DNA of 64,000 bases, from positions 4,588,001-4,652,000 of the forward strand of contig CM075989.1 of the NCBI GenBank assembly GCA_038087875.1, given 5' to 3'. This DNA is from Malacoraja senta (Eukaryota). Shown in pieces: positions 52,234 to 63,575 of the stretch. Each line of letters opens with the position of its first letter. The stretch's first letter is position 1. Position numbers and translations under genes: made by a program. The notes under the pieces were generated by a model. That model did not search any database. It saw nothing but the letters and a program-made list of their open reading frames with translations, and was not told the DNA's origin.

Positions 52234-52452
52234 TGGGCCTCTCCCACTTAGGTGATTACAGGTGACTGCTGCAAAATTCTCAACATGTTGAAAAATTTTC
52301 AGCGACAGTGGCGCCAATCTTTGCTGCCGTGGGTTGTCATTGGTTGACGTAGGTGCTGTCGGAGGTGGTTGCCAGGTGTCGTAGGTGAATTCAATTAAAA
52401 CTAGGATCTGGCAGTCGGTCGCCTAAAGAGTCGCCTAAGTGGGACAGGCCCA
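52234..52452. mobile_element. PIF/Harbinger-like MITE, type v
   Basis: TTA|TGGGCCTCTCCCACTTAGG...CCTAAGTGGGACAGGCCCA|TAA. Confidence 0.82.
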
Positions 52453-52537
52453 TAAGTGTAACCAAGAGGGATTGTAGTTCACAGTTTAGTCGGCTGTGTG
52501 GAAATAGCCAGTGGCTTTAGTGCGCTCAATGACTCAC

Positions 52538-52611
52538 CTCCCAGTACACCTCATCTTCAAAGCAGTTTTCGTCTGGTGGGTCCCCCCAGATGGGCAATTT
52601 TAGAATAAAAC
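52538..52611 (-). CDS. rhcg: rhcg exon 9 equivalent
   Basis: ttcaag|GT TTT...GAG|gtgagt; [24 protein letters not shown]; 74 bp; typical Rhcg/Rhbg CFEDxxYWE. Confidence 0.95.
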
Positions 52612-52876
52612 CTTGAAAAAGAAACAACATTGATCAGTTTTTAATTGTAGGCAGTGGGGTTGCGAAGAGCATTGCTGGGGCAAGCCATTCATGTCAGAAC
52701 GAAAAGTGAAATTCCTCAATTTCATTTATGTTTCACACGGTGATTTCTTTGGCTCTCTAACTTCATCTCTTCAGGTCCCTGCTCCAAAGATCGGAGAGAT
52801 TCCTTTGAATGAATTGATCCAAGCCTCCCCGTTGTAGCTTCTCAGTTACAAGGAGGCAACTGATGAAGATTGTTAA

Positions 52877-53043
52877 GGAAGATAGACAAAAATGCTGGAG
52901 AAACTCAGCGGGTGAGGCAGCATCTATGGAGCGAAGGAAATAGGCAACGTTTCGGGTCGAGACCCTTCTTCAGACTCACCCGCTGAGTTTCTCCAGCATT
53001 TTTGTCTACATTCGCTTTTTTCAGCATCTGCAGTTCTATCTTA
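52877..53043. mobile_element. inverted Penelope-derived pair with 11-bp TSD
   Basis: TSD aagattgttaa at 52866-52876 and 53044-53054. Confidence 0.82.
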
Positions 53044-53359
53044 AAGATTGTTAATGGCGTGTTCAGGAGGAGAATGTGGAGAATTACTTTCTACAGAAGA
53101 GGAAACTGCTGGAACTAGTACATCGGATCCGTGCTAAGTCCATACATTAAACCTACTTAAACCAAAGCAGCAGGCAGTAATAGAAAGAGGATAGGGTCAG
53201 TACGCTGGGAAAGATTTCAAATACCTTTACACACATTTTTTCAAAGCTTTGTACAATTTCTCGCAAGCAGAAAGTATTTTAAAGTACAATTTTAACACAA
53301 CTTTCAAAGTATTGCTGCAGAAAACACATGGAGTTTTAGTTGTAGTGAGCTGTAATAAG

Positions 53360-53383
53360 ACAGTGACACCACTAGGCGGCAGC
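53360..53383 (+). promoter_or_regulatory. CTCF-like binding motif in rhcg intron 8
   Basis: ACAGTGACA-CCACTAGGCGGCAGC matches the CTCF core consensus plus an upstream CAGT element; lies in non-repeat sequence. Confidence 0.45.
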
Positions 53384-54262
53384 CAGGGTCCACTAGTTCC
53401 ACTGTTATGTATCCTTGGATCCCCTCATTAGCACATCTTCCCCATCAACAATGGGCCATGATGGATTCCACCCGTCCTGAGGTCATCTGTTTGCAGCTCT
53501 GATTGTACTGGCTTTTTCTCGTCTCCAGGGCAGCATGGTGGCACAACAGTAGAGTTGCTGCCTCACAGCGCCAGAGACTCCAGTTCGATCCTGACCACGG
53601 GTGTTGTCTGTACGGAGTCTGTACGTTCTCCCTGTGACCTGAGTGGGTTTTCTCCTGGTGCTCCGGCTTCCTCCCACACTCCAAAGATGTACAGGTTTGT
53701 AGGCTAATTAGCTTAGTGTAATTGTAAACTGTCGCTGGTGTGTGTAGGATAGTGTTAGTGTGCAAGGATCACTGGTCGGCACAGTCTTGGTGGGCCGAAG
53801 GGCCTGTTCCCGCACTGAATCTCTAAACTAAATTCAGCTGAAGTTCCCTCACCCCCACCCCACCACTATCTTTCACTCTGAGGAAGGATTCCAACCTGGA
53901 ACATTGCCTATTCCATCATCAGAGATGCTGCCTGACCCGCTGAGTTACTCCAGTACTTTGTGCCCATCTCCACCATGCTCAATCCAAGTGCTGCTTCAAC
54001 AAGTCATTCGTATTTCTTGAAGATGCAGCATCCTTAAAAAGAGAAGCCTGGCTCGAAGGGCCGAATGGCCCACTCCTGCACCTATTGTCTATTGTCTATG
54101 GTACACAAAAATGCTGGAGAAACTCAGCGGGTGCAGCAGCATCTATGGAGCGAAGGAAATAGGCAACGTTTCGGGCCGAAACCCTTCTTCAGATGGATTC
54201 CACCCGTCCTGAGGCCATCTGTTTACAGCTCTGATTGTGTAAGGGAGTAAGGGAGATGGAGG

Positions 54263-54601
54263 TCCATTGTCCATTGTCTATTGTCTATTGTCCATTGTCT
54301 ATTCTATTGTCTATTGTCTATTGTCCATTGTCTATTGTCTATTGTCTATTGTCCATTGTCTATTATCTATTATTGTCTATTGTCCATTGTCTATTGTCTA
54401 TTGTCCATTGTCTATTGTCTATTGTCCATTGTCCATTGTCTATTGTCTATTGTCTATTGTCCATTGTCCATTGTCTATTGTCTATTGTCTATTGTCTATT
54501 GTCTATTGTCCATTGTCTATTGTCCATTGTCTATTGTCCATTGTCTATTTATTGTCTATTATCTATTATTGTCTATTGTCCATTGTCTATTGTCTATTGT
54601 C
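54263..54601 (+). repeat. (CTATTGT/CCATTGT)n heptamer array
   Basis: About 340 bp; the unit equals the CR1 3' tail repeat. Confidence 0.92.
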
Positions 54602-54946
54602 TTATCCTGGGTCGTATTCAGATCACAGATAGTTGTGAAGTCAGGTGGGTAATGAGGAATTGTCAGAATGGGGTGAGGAAATGTTTGGCCAAGCAATAGT
54701 GGGAGCCTGCAAGTTATCACCAAAATGAGTAAGGGAGATGGAGATGCTTCCACACTTTTAAAGAGAGCTTAGTTGAACATTTGCATTACTGTAATCTCCA
54801 GAGAAACAGGGCAAGAGGTTCAGACCTTAGCCTTTAGAGATACAGCGTTGAAACAGGCCCTTCGGCCCACCGAGTCCGTGCTGCTCAGCGATCACCCCTT
54901 ATACTAGGACAATCCTACACACTAACGACAATTTACAATTGTACAG

Positions 54947-55530
54947 TTGTACAGGGCCCTGGTGAGACCGCATCTGGAGTATTGTGTGCAGTTTTGGTCT
55001 CCTAATTTGAGGAAGGACATTCCTGCTATCGAAGGAGTGCAGCGTAGGTTCACCAGGTTAATTCCCGGGATGGCGGGACTGTCATATGATGAAAGACTGG
55101 AGCGACTGGGCTTGTATTCACTGGAATTTAGAAGAATGAGAGGGGATTTTATAGAAAGATATAAAATTATTAAGGGATTGGACACGCCCAGAAACTTGTT
55201 CCCGATGTTGGGGGAGTCCAGAACCAGGGGGCACAGTTTAAGAATGGGGGGTAGGCCATTTAGAACTGAGATGGGGAAACACTTTTTCACGCAGAGAGTT
55301 GTGAATTTGTGGAATTATCTGGCTCAGAAGGCAGTGGAGGCTGGTTCACTGGATGCATTCAAAAGAGAATTAGATAGAGCTCTTAGGGCTAGCGGAATCA
55401 AGGGATATGGGGAGAAGGCAGGAACGGGGTACTGACTGTGGATGATCAGCCATGATCGCATTGAATGGCAGTGCTGGCTTGAAGGGCTGAATGGCCGAAT
55501 CCTGCACCTATTGTCTATGTATCTATGTAT
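54947..55530 (+). mobile_element. CR1 LINE 3' fragment
   Basis: [18 protein letters not shown]...GYGEKAGTGY* then CR1 3'UTR and tail. Confidence 0.9.
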
Positions 55531-56137
55531 CTGTCACCTATCCATGTTCTCCAGAGATGCAGCCTGACCCACTGAGTTACTCCAGCACTTTGTGTCTTTT
55601 TTTCTCTTCCCCACTGTTCTCCTTGGACCTCACATACTCCAAGGATAAATTCCTGATCTTCCAACCTACCTTGTTGCAGCCCTGGTATTTTCTCTGTAGC
55701 CCATAATACTATATTCTGCCCTTTGGCTATTTTTCTCTTTGCACTAACACAGAAGTGGAGGCTGTTAATAGATATTTTTAAGGCCGAAATAGATAGATTC
55801 TTGAATAGTACGGGTGTCAGGGGTGATGGGGAGAAGGCAGGAGAATGGGGTTAGGAGGTAGAGATAGATCAGCCATGATTGAATGGCGGAGTAGATTTGT
55901 GGGCCAAATGGCCTAATTCTGCTCCTATCACTTATGAGCCTGTATCGGATTGTACTGGACACAAAAAGCTGGAGTAACTCAGCGGGACAGGCAGCATCTC
56001 TGGAGAGAAGGAATGGGTGACGTTTCGGGTGGAGACCCTTCTTCAGACTGATTGTACTCATGTGTGGTATGACCTGCCTGGATTGCAAGCAAAGTGTTTC
56101 ACTGCACACATGGCAATATAACCCAACACCATTAGCA

Positions 56138-56395
56138 GGTTGTTGTTGTTCGTCCTTCATAGTCGAAGAAGACTATGACTGCAGTGTTTTTGTTTGTCGG
56201 TCCGGAGGTGATGGGTGAGACCTATCCGGGCCTGGAAGGCTCGCCCGCATATGGGACACAGTTGGGTGGGTGCTGCAGTGGGAGCTGAAGTGGCTCGAGC
56301 CTTGCGTGTTTCCTCCGAGCTTCTGGGGCGCGCTTCTTCTCAGCTGCACCTGTGGTGATCTTGCTTCGCCCTGTCGGGCGGTACGGGTCCTGAAG
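56138..56395 (-). mobile_element. RTE-clade LINE 3' end
   Basis: Minus strand encodes CPICGRAFQARIGLTHHLRT (C2H2-type knuckle) then a short UTR and (CAA)n tail. Confidence 0.75.
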
Positions 56396-56548
56396 TCATG
56401 ACCCGCGCTCGACTTGGATTAAAGCGAGGGAGAGTCGCCTCAAACCGTCAGCCTCGCCCTCTCGTCCCGGCCTATCTGGATCCAGTGGCAAGACATAGTC
56501 AAGACGGCTGGCGATAGCAGGCACAGGGGAGGGACACCCTCTACTCAC

Positions 56549-56673
56549 CCACAATGATGCCTCCGGCCAGGCTGATGGCAAGTGTGACGCACAGGGATGC
56601 GGCTTGAAACCCCCCCTGCTCACTCGGGGTCCGCCCTTCAAATCTACCCTCAAAACCAAAAGCAGCGATCAGC
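56549..56673 (-). CDS. rhcg: rhcg exon 8 equivalent
   Basis: cctcag|G CTG...GTG G|gtgagt; LIAAFGFEGRFEGRTPSEQGGFQAASLCVTLAISLAGGIIV(G); 125 bp; phases match exons 7 and 9. Confidence 0.93.
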
Positions 56674-57591
56674 CTGAGGAAAGCAAGAAGATCGTCACTG
56701 GAGGCACAAGGCAGTGAGTACGACTGTTATCGTGCTGAGTACAGTCCCATCATCTAACCGCAGAGCTCATCGACACATACACCAATAACCTGACCTCCAC
56801 ACCAAGCATCTATCTATACTGAAACAGATACCAGGAGAGGCTGAACAAAGCCGAGGAGTGGAGAAAGCAGGAAGAGCAACGAAAGAGAATGAAAGTAAAA
56901 GTGAAACGCAAGAGAGGGTAACAAAGGTAACAGACCCCAATGGAGGAGAGAGAACAGAGAGTGGTCATTAATAGTTACTCAGCACAGTGGCGCAACTGGC
57001 CGAGCCACTGCCTCACAGCGCCAAACACACGGGTTCAATAGTGATCTTGGGTGCTGTCTGCATGGAGTTTGCACGTTCTCCCGATGTCCGCGTGGGTTTC
57101 CTCCGGGCGCTCTGGTTTCCTCCCACATCCCAAAGACATGCGGGTTCGTCGGTTAATTGGCCCTCTGTCAATTGCCCCTGATGTGTAGGGAGTGGATGAT
57201 GCGAGTGGGATAACATGGAACTAGTGTCAGCGGGTGATCGATGCTCGGCGTGGACTCAGTGGGATGAGGGGCCTGTTTCCATGCTGTATCTTTTAAAAAA
57301 AGTGAAATGAGAGAGAGAGAGAGGCCGAGAAATGAGGGATTGGGCAGGAAATCAGCTCAAATGCGGAGGGATGGAGTGTGCAGGAGGCCAATAAAGAGGG
57401 GGAAGTGTGAGAGAGAGGGAGTCGTTAAAGAGGAGTCAGTGTGCTGTTGATGTGTAGTTTAGTCTTGCCCAAAGTTGCCTCCACACTGCGGCAATGCTGC
57501 GTATGACTCACACCTCCGCCTCACCACCTCCCCACCTCACCACCTCCACTCACCCACCTCCCCCCCACCTCCACCACCGCCCCACACCTAC

Positions 57592-57728
57592 CCTTCCCTG
57601 CTGTAGACACCCTCGGTGGCGGCCGCTGCAGTGACGGCCCCCACGATGGCTCCGATCAACCCTGGTATGGCGTGCAGGTTGTGGATGCCACACGTGTCCT
57701 GGATGTGCAGGTGTTTCTCCAAGAGCGG
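57592..57728 (-). CDS. rhcg: rhcg exon 7 equivalent
   Basis: ctccag|CCG...GG|gtaggt; [45 protein letters not shown](G); 137 bp; DTCGxxNLH motif with the second pore His. Confidence 0.96.
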
Positions 57729-57798
57729 CTGGAGAGGGAAAGACAGAGGTCAGGAGCAAGGATGGTCCAGAGCATTGAGATACCCACCACAGTGATCA

Positions 57799-58048
57799 CT
57801 GTGTGTGTGTGTGTGTGTGTGTGCGTGTGCACGCTTGTGTGTGTGTGTTTGTGTATGTGTGTGGGTGTGAGTGTGTAGGTGTGTGTGTGTAGGTGTGTGT
57901 GTGTAGGTGTGTGTGTGTAGGTGTGTGGGTGTGGGTGTGAGTGTGAGTGTGTATGTAGCTGTGTGTGTGTAGGTGTGTGTGTAGGTATGTGTGTGTGTGC
58001 GCGTGTGTGTATGTGTGTGTGTGCATGTGTGTGCGTGTGCGCATGTGT
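57799..58048. repeat. imperfect (TG)n microsatellite
   Basis: Direct reading. Confidence 0.95.
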
Positions 58049-58067
58049 TATTTGAGTGTCTGAGGGT

Positions 58068-58720
58068 GTGTGGAGTCTTTTAAGTTCCTTGGAACCATCA
58101 TCTCCAAGGACCTGAAATGGGGGGCCACCATCGACTCCACAGTCAAAAAGGCACAACGGAGGATGTACTTCCTGCGGCAGCTGACAAAACACAATCTGCC
58201 ACAAGCAATGATGGTCCAATTCTGTATGGCCATCGTAGAGTCTGTCCTCACCTTCTCCATCATGGTCTGGTTTGGCTCAGCCACCAAGCATGACATCCGG
58301 AGGTTGCAGTGAATCGTTCGATCAGCTGAGAAGGTTATGGGCTGCAACCTTCCCCCCATTGACGAACTGTACACTGCAAGGGCCAGGAAGCGAGCGGGTA
58401 AGATCATCTCTGACCCCTCTCACCCTGGCCACAAACTCTTTGAATCACTTCCCTCTGGAAGGCGACTCCGGACTGTCAAAAACAGCTTTTTTCCACTAGT
58501 AGTAGCTCTACTCACTCAATAACCAAAAGTCTGTAGCCTCCTTGTGCTCTGGTATTTTATTTCATTCACATGTTTAAACTATAATGTTTTATTATTAATG
58601 TTTAATGTTTTATATGGTCATTCTTAATTGTTTACTGTATGTCATGTTGTTACTTGCGAGCGGAGCACCAAGGCAAATTCCTTGTATGTGTACATACTTG
58701 GCCAATAAACTTATTCATTC
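58068..58720 (+). mobile_element. Rex1/Babar LINE 3' fragment in rhcg intron 6
   Basis: ESFKFLGTIISKDLKW..VKKAQRRMYFLRQL..ESVLTFSIMVWFG; DPSHPGHKLFESLPSGRR. Confidence 0.88.
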
Positions 58721-58799
58721 AAACTTATTCATGTTTGTGTGTGTGTGGTCATATGTTCATGTGTGTGGGTGTATGTGTGTGCCTATGTCTATGTCTGCG

Positions 58800-59332
<533 letters not shown>

Positions 59333-59385
59333 CACAACCATGTATAAAACCAATCCCCGATGTGTCTCTCCTCAGGCTAACTCAC

Positions 59386-59523
59386 CGACAGGTAGAGGAA
59401 TCCCAGCGTAGAGATGGTCCCGGAGATGGCTCCGACAATCAGCGCTCCGTACGGAGTCAGCATCATCTCCCCGGCCGTGCCCATGGCTACTCCCCCGGCC
59501 AGTGTGGCGTTCTGCACGTGGAC
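59386..59523 (-). CDS. rhcg: rhcg exon 6 equivalent
   Basis: cgccag|GTC...TCG|gtgag; [46 protein letters not shown]; 138 bp; NATLAGGVA Rh/Amt signature. Confidence 0.96.
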
Positions 59524-59709
59524 CTGGCGACGGGAACAAGGAGATCACCTTCGTGCCGCTTCCAGCCCCTCCACCCCTCACCTGCCCCCATCCCCTCCCA
59601 CCGAGCCACAGCCTGCCTGGACAGTGAGAGTTGCCCAGGTCTCTGAGCCTCATCAACGTCCTATAAAGCTGCATCATGACATCCTGACTCTCATACTCAA
59701 TATATAGTA

Positions 59710-60095
59710 AACTTGGGCAGCTTACAACCAGGCAGTATAAATCTTGATTTCTCCAACTTCAAGTAACCCTTGCATCCTCTCTTTCTCTCTCTCTCTCTCT
59801 GTCCCTCCCCCACCCAAGTCGTTGTATTAGTTTCAAAGTCGTTTTGTTGAGTCTGATTGTCAGTAACTCGTTTTCACCCAGATCACAGCTAACAATGGCC
59901 CGTTTCCTTGATCAGCGTTACTTTTATGACTATATTTCATTCATTTGGTAGATATCTCTCCATATCACCATCTATATCTCTCATTTCCCTTTCCCCTGAC
60001 TCTAAGAAGGGTCTCGACCCGAAACGTCGCATATACCTTTTCTCCAGAGATGCTGCCTCACCCGCTGAGTTACTCCAGCTTTTTGTGTCTATCTT
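59710..60095 (+). mobile_element. Penelope-like element 3' end, subfamily A
   Basis: LGSLQPGSINLDFSNFK* ORF end, then pLTR. Confidence 0.8.
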
Positions 60096-61115
60096 ATACT
60101 CAATGCCCAAACCTATAAAAGCACTCTTTACCACTCTATTCACCTGTGTTGCCACATTCAGGACTATGGTCTTGGACCCTAAGATCCCTCTGTACATTAA
60201 TTGTGTTAGGGTCTTACCATTCATTGTACATTTCCCCTGACATATGACCTCCCAAAGTGTAACACCCCACACTCGCACTTCCTTGTATTTGGAGTAGGAA
60301 TCAGTTCAACTGCTGACTGTCAGCTGGGCTCTATCTTCACAATTACATTAAATGTCGCCCAAACCAAGGTTTGCACTTCCCAGCGATCTAGTCAACTATG
60401 GGGTCATATTTGAGTCTAAGGCAGGCAAAGAGCATAGAACAGTACAGCGCAGGAACAGAACCTTCAGCCCACAATATCTATGCCGAACATGATGCCAAAT
60501 TAAATTACTGCTCCATTTGCATCTGGTCCATATCCCTCCATTCTCAGCATATCCATGTGCCTATTCAAAAGCCTCTTAAATCCCATTTGCTATCATATCT
60601 GCCTCAGCCTCCAATCCTGCCGCCACTTTCCAGGCACCCATCACTTTCTGTGTAAAAAAACCTTATCCTGCACATTTCATTTAACTTTGCCCCTCTCACC
60701 TTAAATCTATGCCCTCTGGTCTTTGACATTTCCACCCTGTGATAAAGGTTCTGACTGTCTACCCTATCTATGCCTCTCATCATTTTATATACTTCTATTA
60801 GGTCTTCCCTTAATCTCTGACGTTTCAGAGAAAACAATCTAAGTCAGTTTAATCTCTCTTTATAGGTAATACCTTCTAATACAAGGAGCATTTTACTAAA
60901 ACTCTTCTGCACCTTCTCCAAAGCCTCAACATCCTTCCTGTAATGTGGCCAGAACTGCACATACTTCAATTGTGGCATAACCAAAGCTGGACCACGACTT
61001 CCTGATCTTATACGCCGTGTCCTCATCGATCCAACTTCTATATTCAATACTCTGACTGATGAAGGCCATAGTGGGAAAAGCCTTTTTGACCACCCTAACT
61101 ACTTGAGATGCCACT
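60095..61115 (-). mobile_element. degenerate CR1 LINE fragments
   Basis: VVKKAF..FISQSIEYRSW; LREDLIEVYKMMRGIDRVDSQ. Confidence 0.8.
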
Positions 61116-61146
61116 TTTAAGGAAGTGTCTTGAAAGCCTAGTCTTA

Positions 61147-61465
61147 GGTCACAGTGGCGCAGCGGTAGAGTTGCTGCCTTACAGCGAATGCAGCGCCGGA
61201 GACCCGAGTTCGTTCCCGACTACGGGTGCTGTCTGTACAGAGTTTGTACGTTCTCCCCGTGACCTGCGTGGGTTTTCTCCGAGGTCTTCGGTTTCTTCCC
61301 ACACACCAACGATGTACAGGTTTGTAGGTTAATTGGCGTGGTAAATGTAAAAATTGTTCCCAGTGGGTGTAGGATAGTGTTAATGTGTGCGGGGATCGCT
61401 GGTCGGCGCGGACCCGGTGGGCCGAAGGGCCTGTTTACGTGCTGTATCTCTAAACTAAACTAAAC
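61147..61465 (+). mobile_element. HE1-like tRNA-derived V-SINE, representative of ~25 copies (e.g. 12535, 13659, 15520, 18146, 23913, 24797-, 25112, 25855, 30523-, 36823, 39712-, 42750, 45245-, 47313-, 48034, 48698-, 50755-, 51645, 53528, 56981, 61733-)
   Basis: A box (TGGCGCAGCGG) and B box (consensus GGTTCGATCC), V-domain (tgtatggagtttg.acgttctccc..gtgggttt..cggtttcctcccaca.tccaaagac), 3' end tgggccgaagggcctgtttcc shared with CR1/HER1, (ctaaa)n tail. Confidence 0.9.
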
Positions 61466-62165
61466 AAGGGGAGGACTTCAGTCCCTTGTGCCCAATGACT
61501 GCGTCTCCAGTCCAAATGTTTCCATGTCAAGGGATCGCTCTAATTGCAGTTTGGATTAACACCAATTCCACACCTGAGATTGGAATACGTTTCTGTTCAC
61601 TTTGAAGTCAAGCCTAGATTCCTGTGGCAAATGATCCACATCTAATCATCGTTGGTGCTCTGTTCCCCCTCCCACTACCCCCACCCTTGGTGGGCAGCTG
61701 TCTCTGAGGTTACCCCCAGACTAGTAACATGTAGTTTAGTTTTGTTTAGAGACACAGCACGGAAACAGGCCCTTCATCCCCGACGCACCGACAAGCGATC
61801 CCTGCACATTAACACTATCCTACACTAGGGACAATTTTTTAAAACATTTATATCAAGCCAATTATCCTACAATCTGTACGTGTTTGGAGTGTGGGAGGAA
61901 ACCGAAGTTCTTGGAGAAAACCCACGCAGGTCACGGGGAGAACGTACATAGACAGCACCCGTAGTCAGGATCGAACCCGGGTCTCTGGCGCTGTAAGTGC
62001 TGTATTGCAGCAACTCTACCACTGCACCACCGTGCTGGTGTGTCATCGTGTGTTTAGTCCCGGGTACATTGTGGTCCAAATACTCCACGGTCTCCAGATA
62101 CCCTGCAGTCCATATACCCCACCCCCAGCTACCCCAGCCCCCGCGATCCACGTCCCCACCCCTAC

Positions 62166-62332
62166 CATGTTGATCTTCCCTTTCTTCTCCAAGAGGCTGG
62201 AGATGGCGATGGTGGTGAGGACGCTGGCGGCCAGCGAGGCATAGGTGTTGATGGCGCCCCGGTGTTGTCCGTCCCCGTGATGGGAGATGGCGGAATTGAA
62301 GCTGGGCCAGAACATCCAGAGGAAAAGGGTGC
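62166..62332 (-). CDS. rhcg: rhcg exon 5 equivalent
   Basis: ccgcag|GC ACC...ATG|gtagg; [56 protein letters not shown]; 167 bp, the usual Rh exon-5 length; SAISxHGD/AINTY is RhCG-like. Confidence 0.96.
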
Positions 62333-63117
62333 CTGCGGAGGAGAACAAAGAGCCCTGTTCTTTCTTTTTTCATTCTTTTTTGTACAATTGCTTCCAAGAA
62401 AATTATAATTAAAAAAATAAAAAATAAAATAACAAAGAGCCCTGACGCAACTGGATCCTCACCGCCGCAGTCACAGGAAACAGCAGATGCTGGAATCTGG
62501 AGCAAAAAAACCAAACTGCTGGAGGAGCTCAGTGGAAACCCACGCGGTCACAGGGAGAACGTGCTAACTCCGCACAGACAGCATCTGAGATCTGGATCGA
62601 ATCCGGGTCTCGGGCGATGTGAGGCAGTGGCTCTACCAGCTGCACCACTGTGCCGCCCTTTCTCTGAATCTCGTCCATTCATGAGAGACTGTGATACAGT
62701 GAAAAACAAAGAGTGAATTGGCCAGCAGTGGGTACAATCCACATGCCATCCCAATTCAGATCAGGGAGGCAGACCTTTCCTGGTCATAAGATAGACACAA
62801 AATGCTGGAGTAACTCAGCGGGTCAGGCAGCAAAGGAATAGGTGACGTTTCGGGTCGAGACCCTTCTTCAGATGTTTAGAGGGATGTGGGCCAAACGCAG
62901 GAGATGGGATCGGTATAAATGGGGCATCTTGGTCAGCATGGGCAAGTCGGGCCGAAGGGCCTGTTTCCATGCTGTATGACTACGGCTCTGTGAGCTATCC
63001 CAGCATCTGCAGCCTCCTGCGTCTCCACTCCATTCACCGCATTGGTTGGTGGGGACGGATGGGAAGGGGCAGTTCTTTCCCCTGAAATTCTCAGCGACTA
63101 AACGAAGAAACCCTCAC

Positions 63118-63259
63118 CAATCATGGAGAAGATGTCTGAATGGTAGACTGATTCATTCTTCCGTTGATCCAACTGAGGCCTGTACAGAACACGAGTGACT
63201 GCCAGTCCAAAATAGCCACCAAACATGTGGATAACCATCGAGCCCCCCGCGTCCCGGGC
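63118..63259 (-). CDS. rhcg: Rh family C glycoprotein (ammonia channel), exon 4 equivalent
   Basis: ccaag|GCC...ATT G|gtgagg; translates [47 protein letters not shown](G), with the Rh DAGGSMxIHxFG motif and the first pore His. 142 bp. Confidence 0.95.
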
Positions 63260-63575
63260 CTTGGAAACAGAAAACGCTCATTAAATAACATATATTCACA
63301 CGTGAAGAACCCATTCCATCCATCATTCGGTCATAACCACCCCCTCCTCACCACCTCCTCTCCTCCCCTCGCCCTCATTCTCCACACTCCTTTTCTTCCC
63401 CTCCCCCTCCTCCCCTCCCCTGCCTCCTCCCTCCCCACTCACCTCCCCTCCCCCTTACCTCAATTTCCCCTCTCCTCCTCTCCTCCCTTCCCTCTCTCCA
63501 GCCTACCTGAGAGTTGGGACAAATGGCCTGTTTCCTGTTTTATGATTCTATCTACTGTATCCACCACCACCTGTG

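Noticed and set aside
54235..54699. LLSIVYC-repeat ORFs
   Set aside because: Translation of the heptamer array.
56549..56673. Frameshift in rhcg exon 8 at the G run
   Set aside because: Seven G give CAG GGG GGG TTT in frame; the ORF-track peptide there is another frame.
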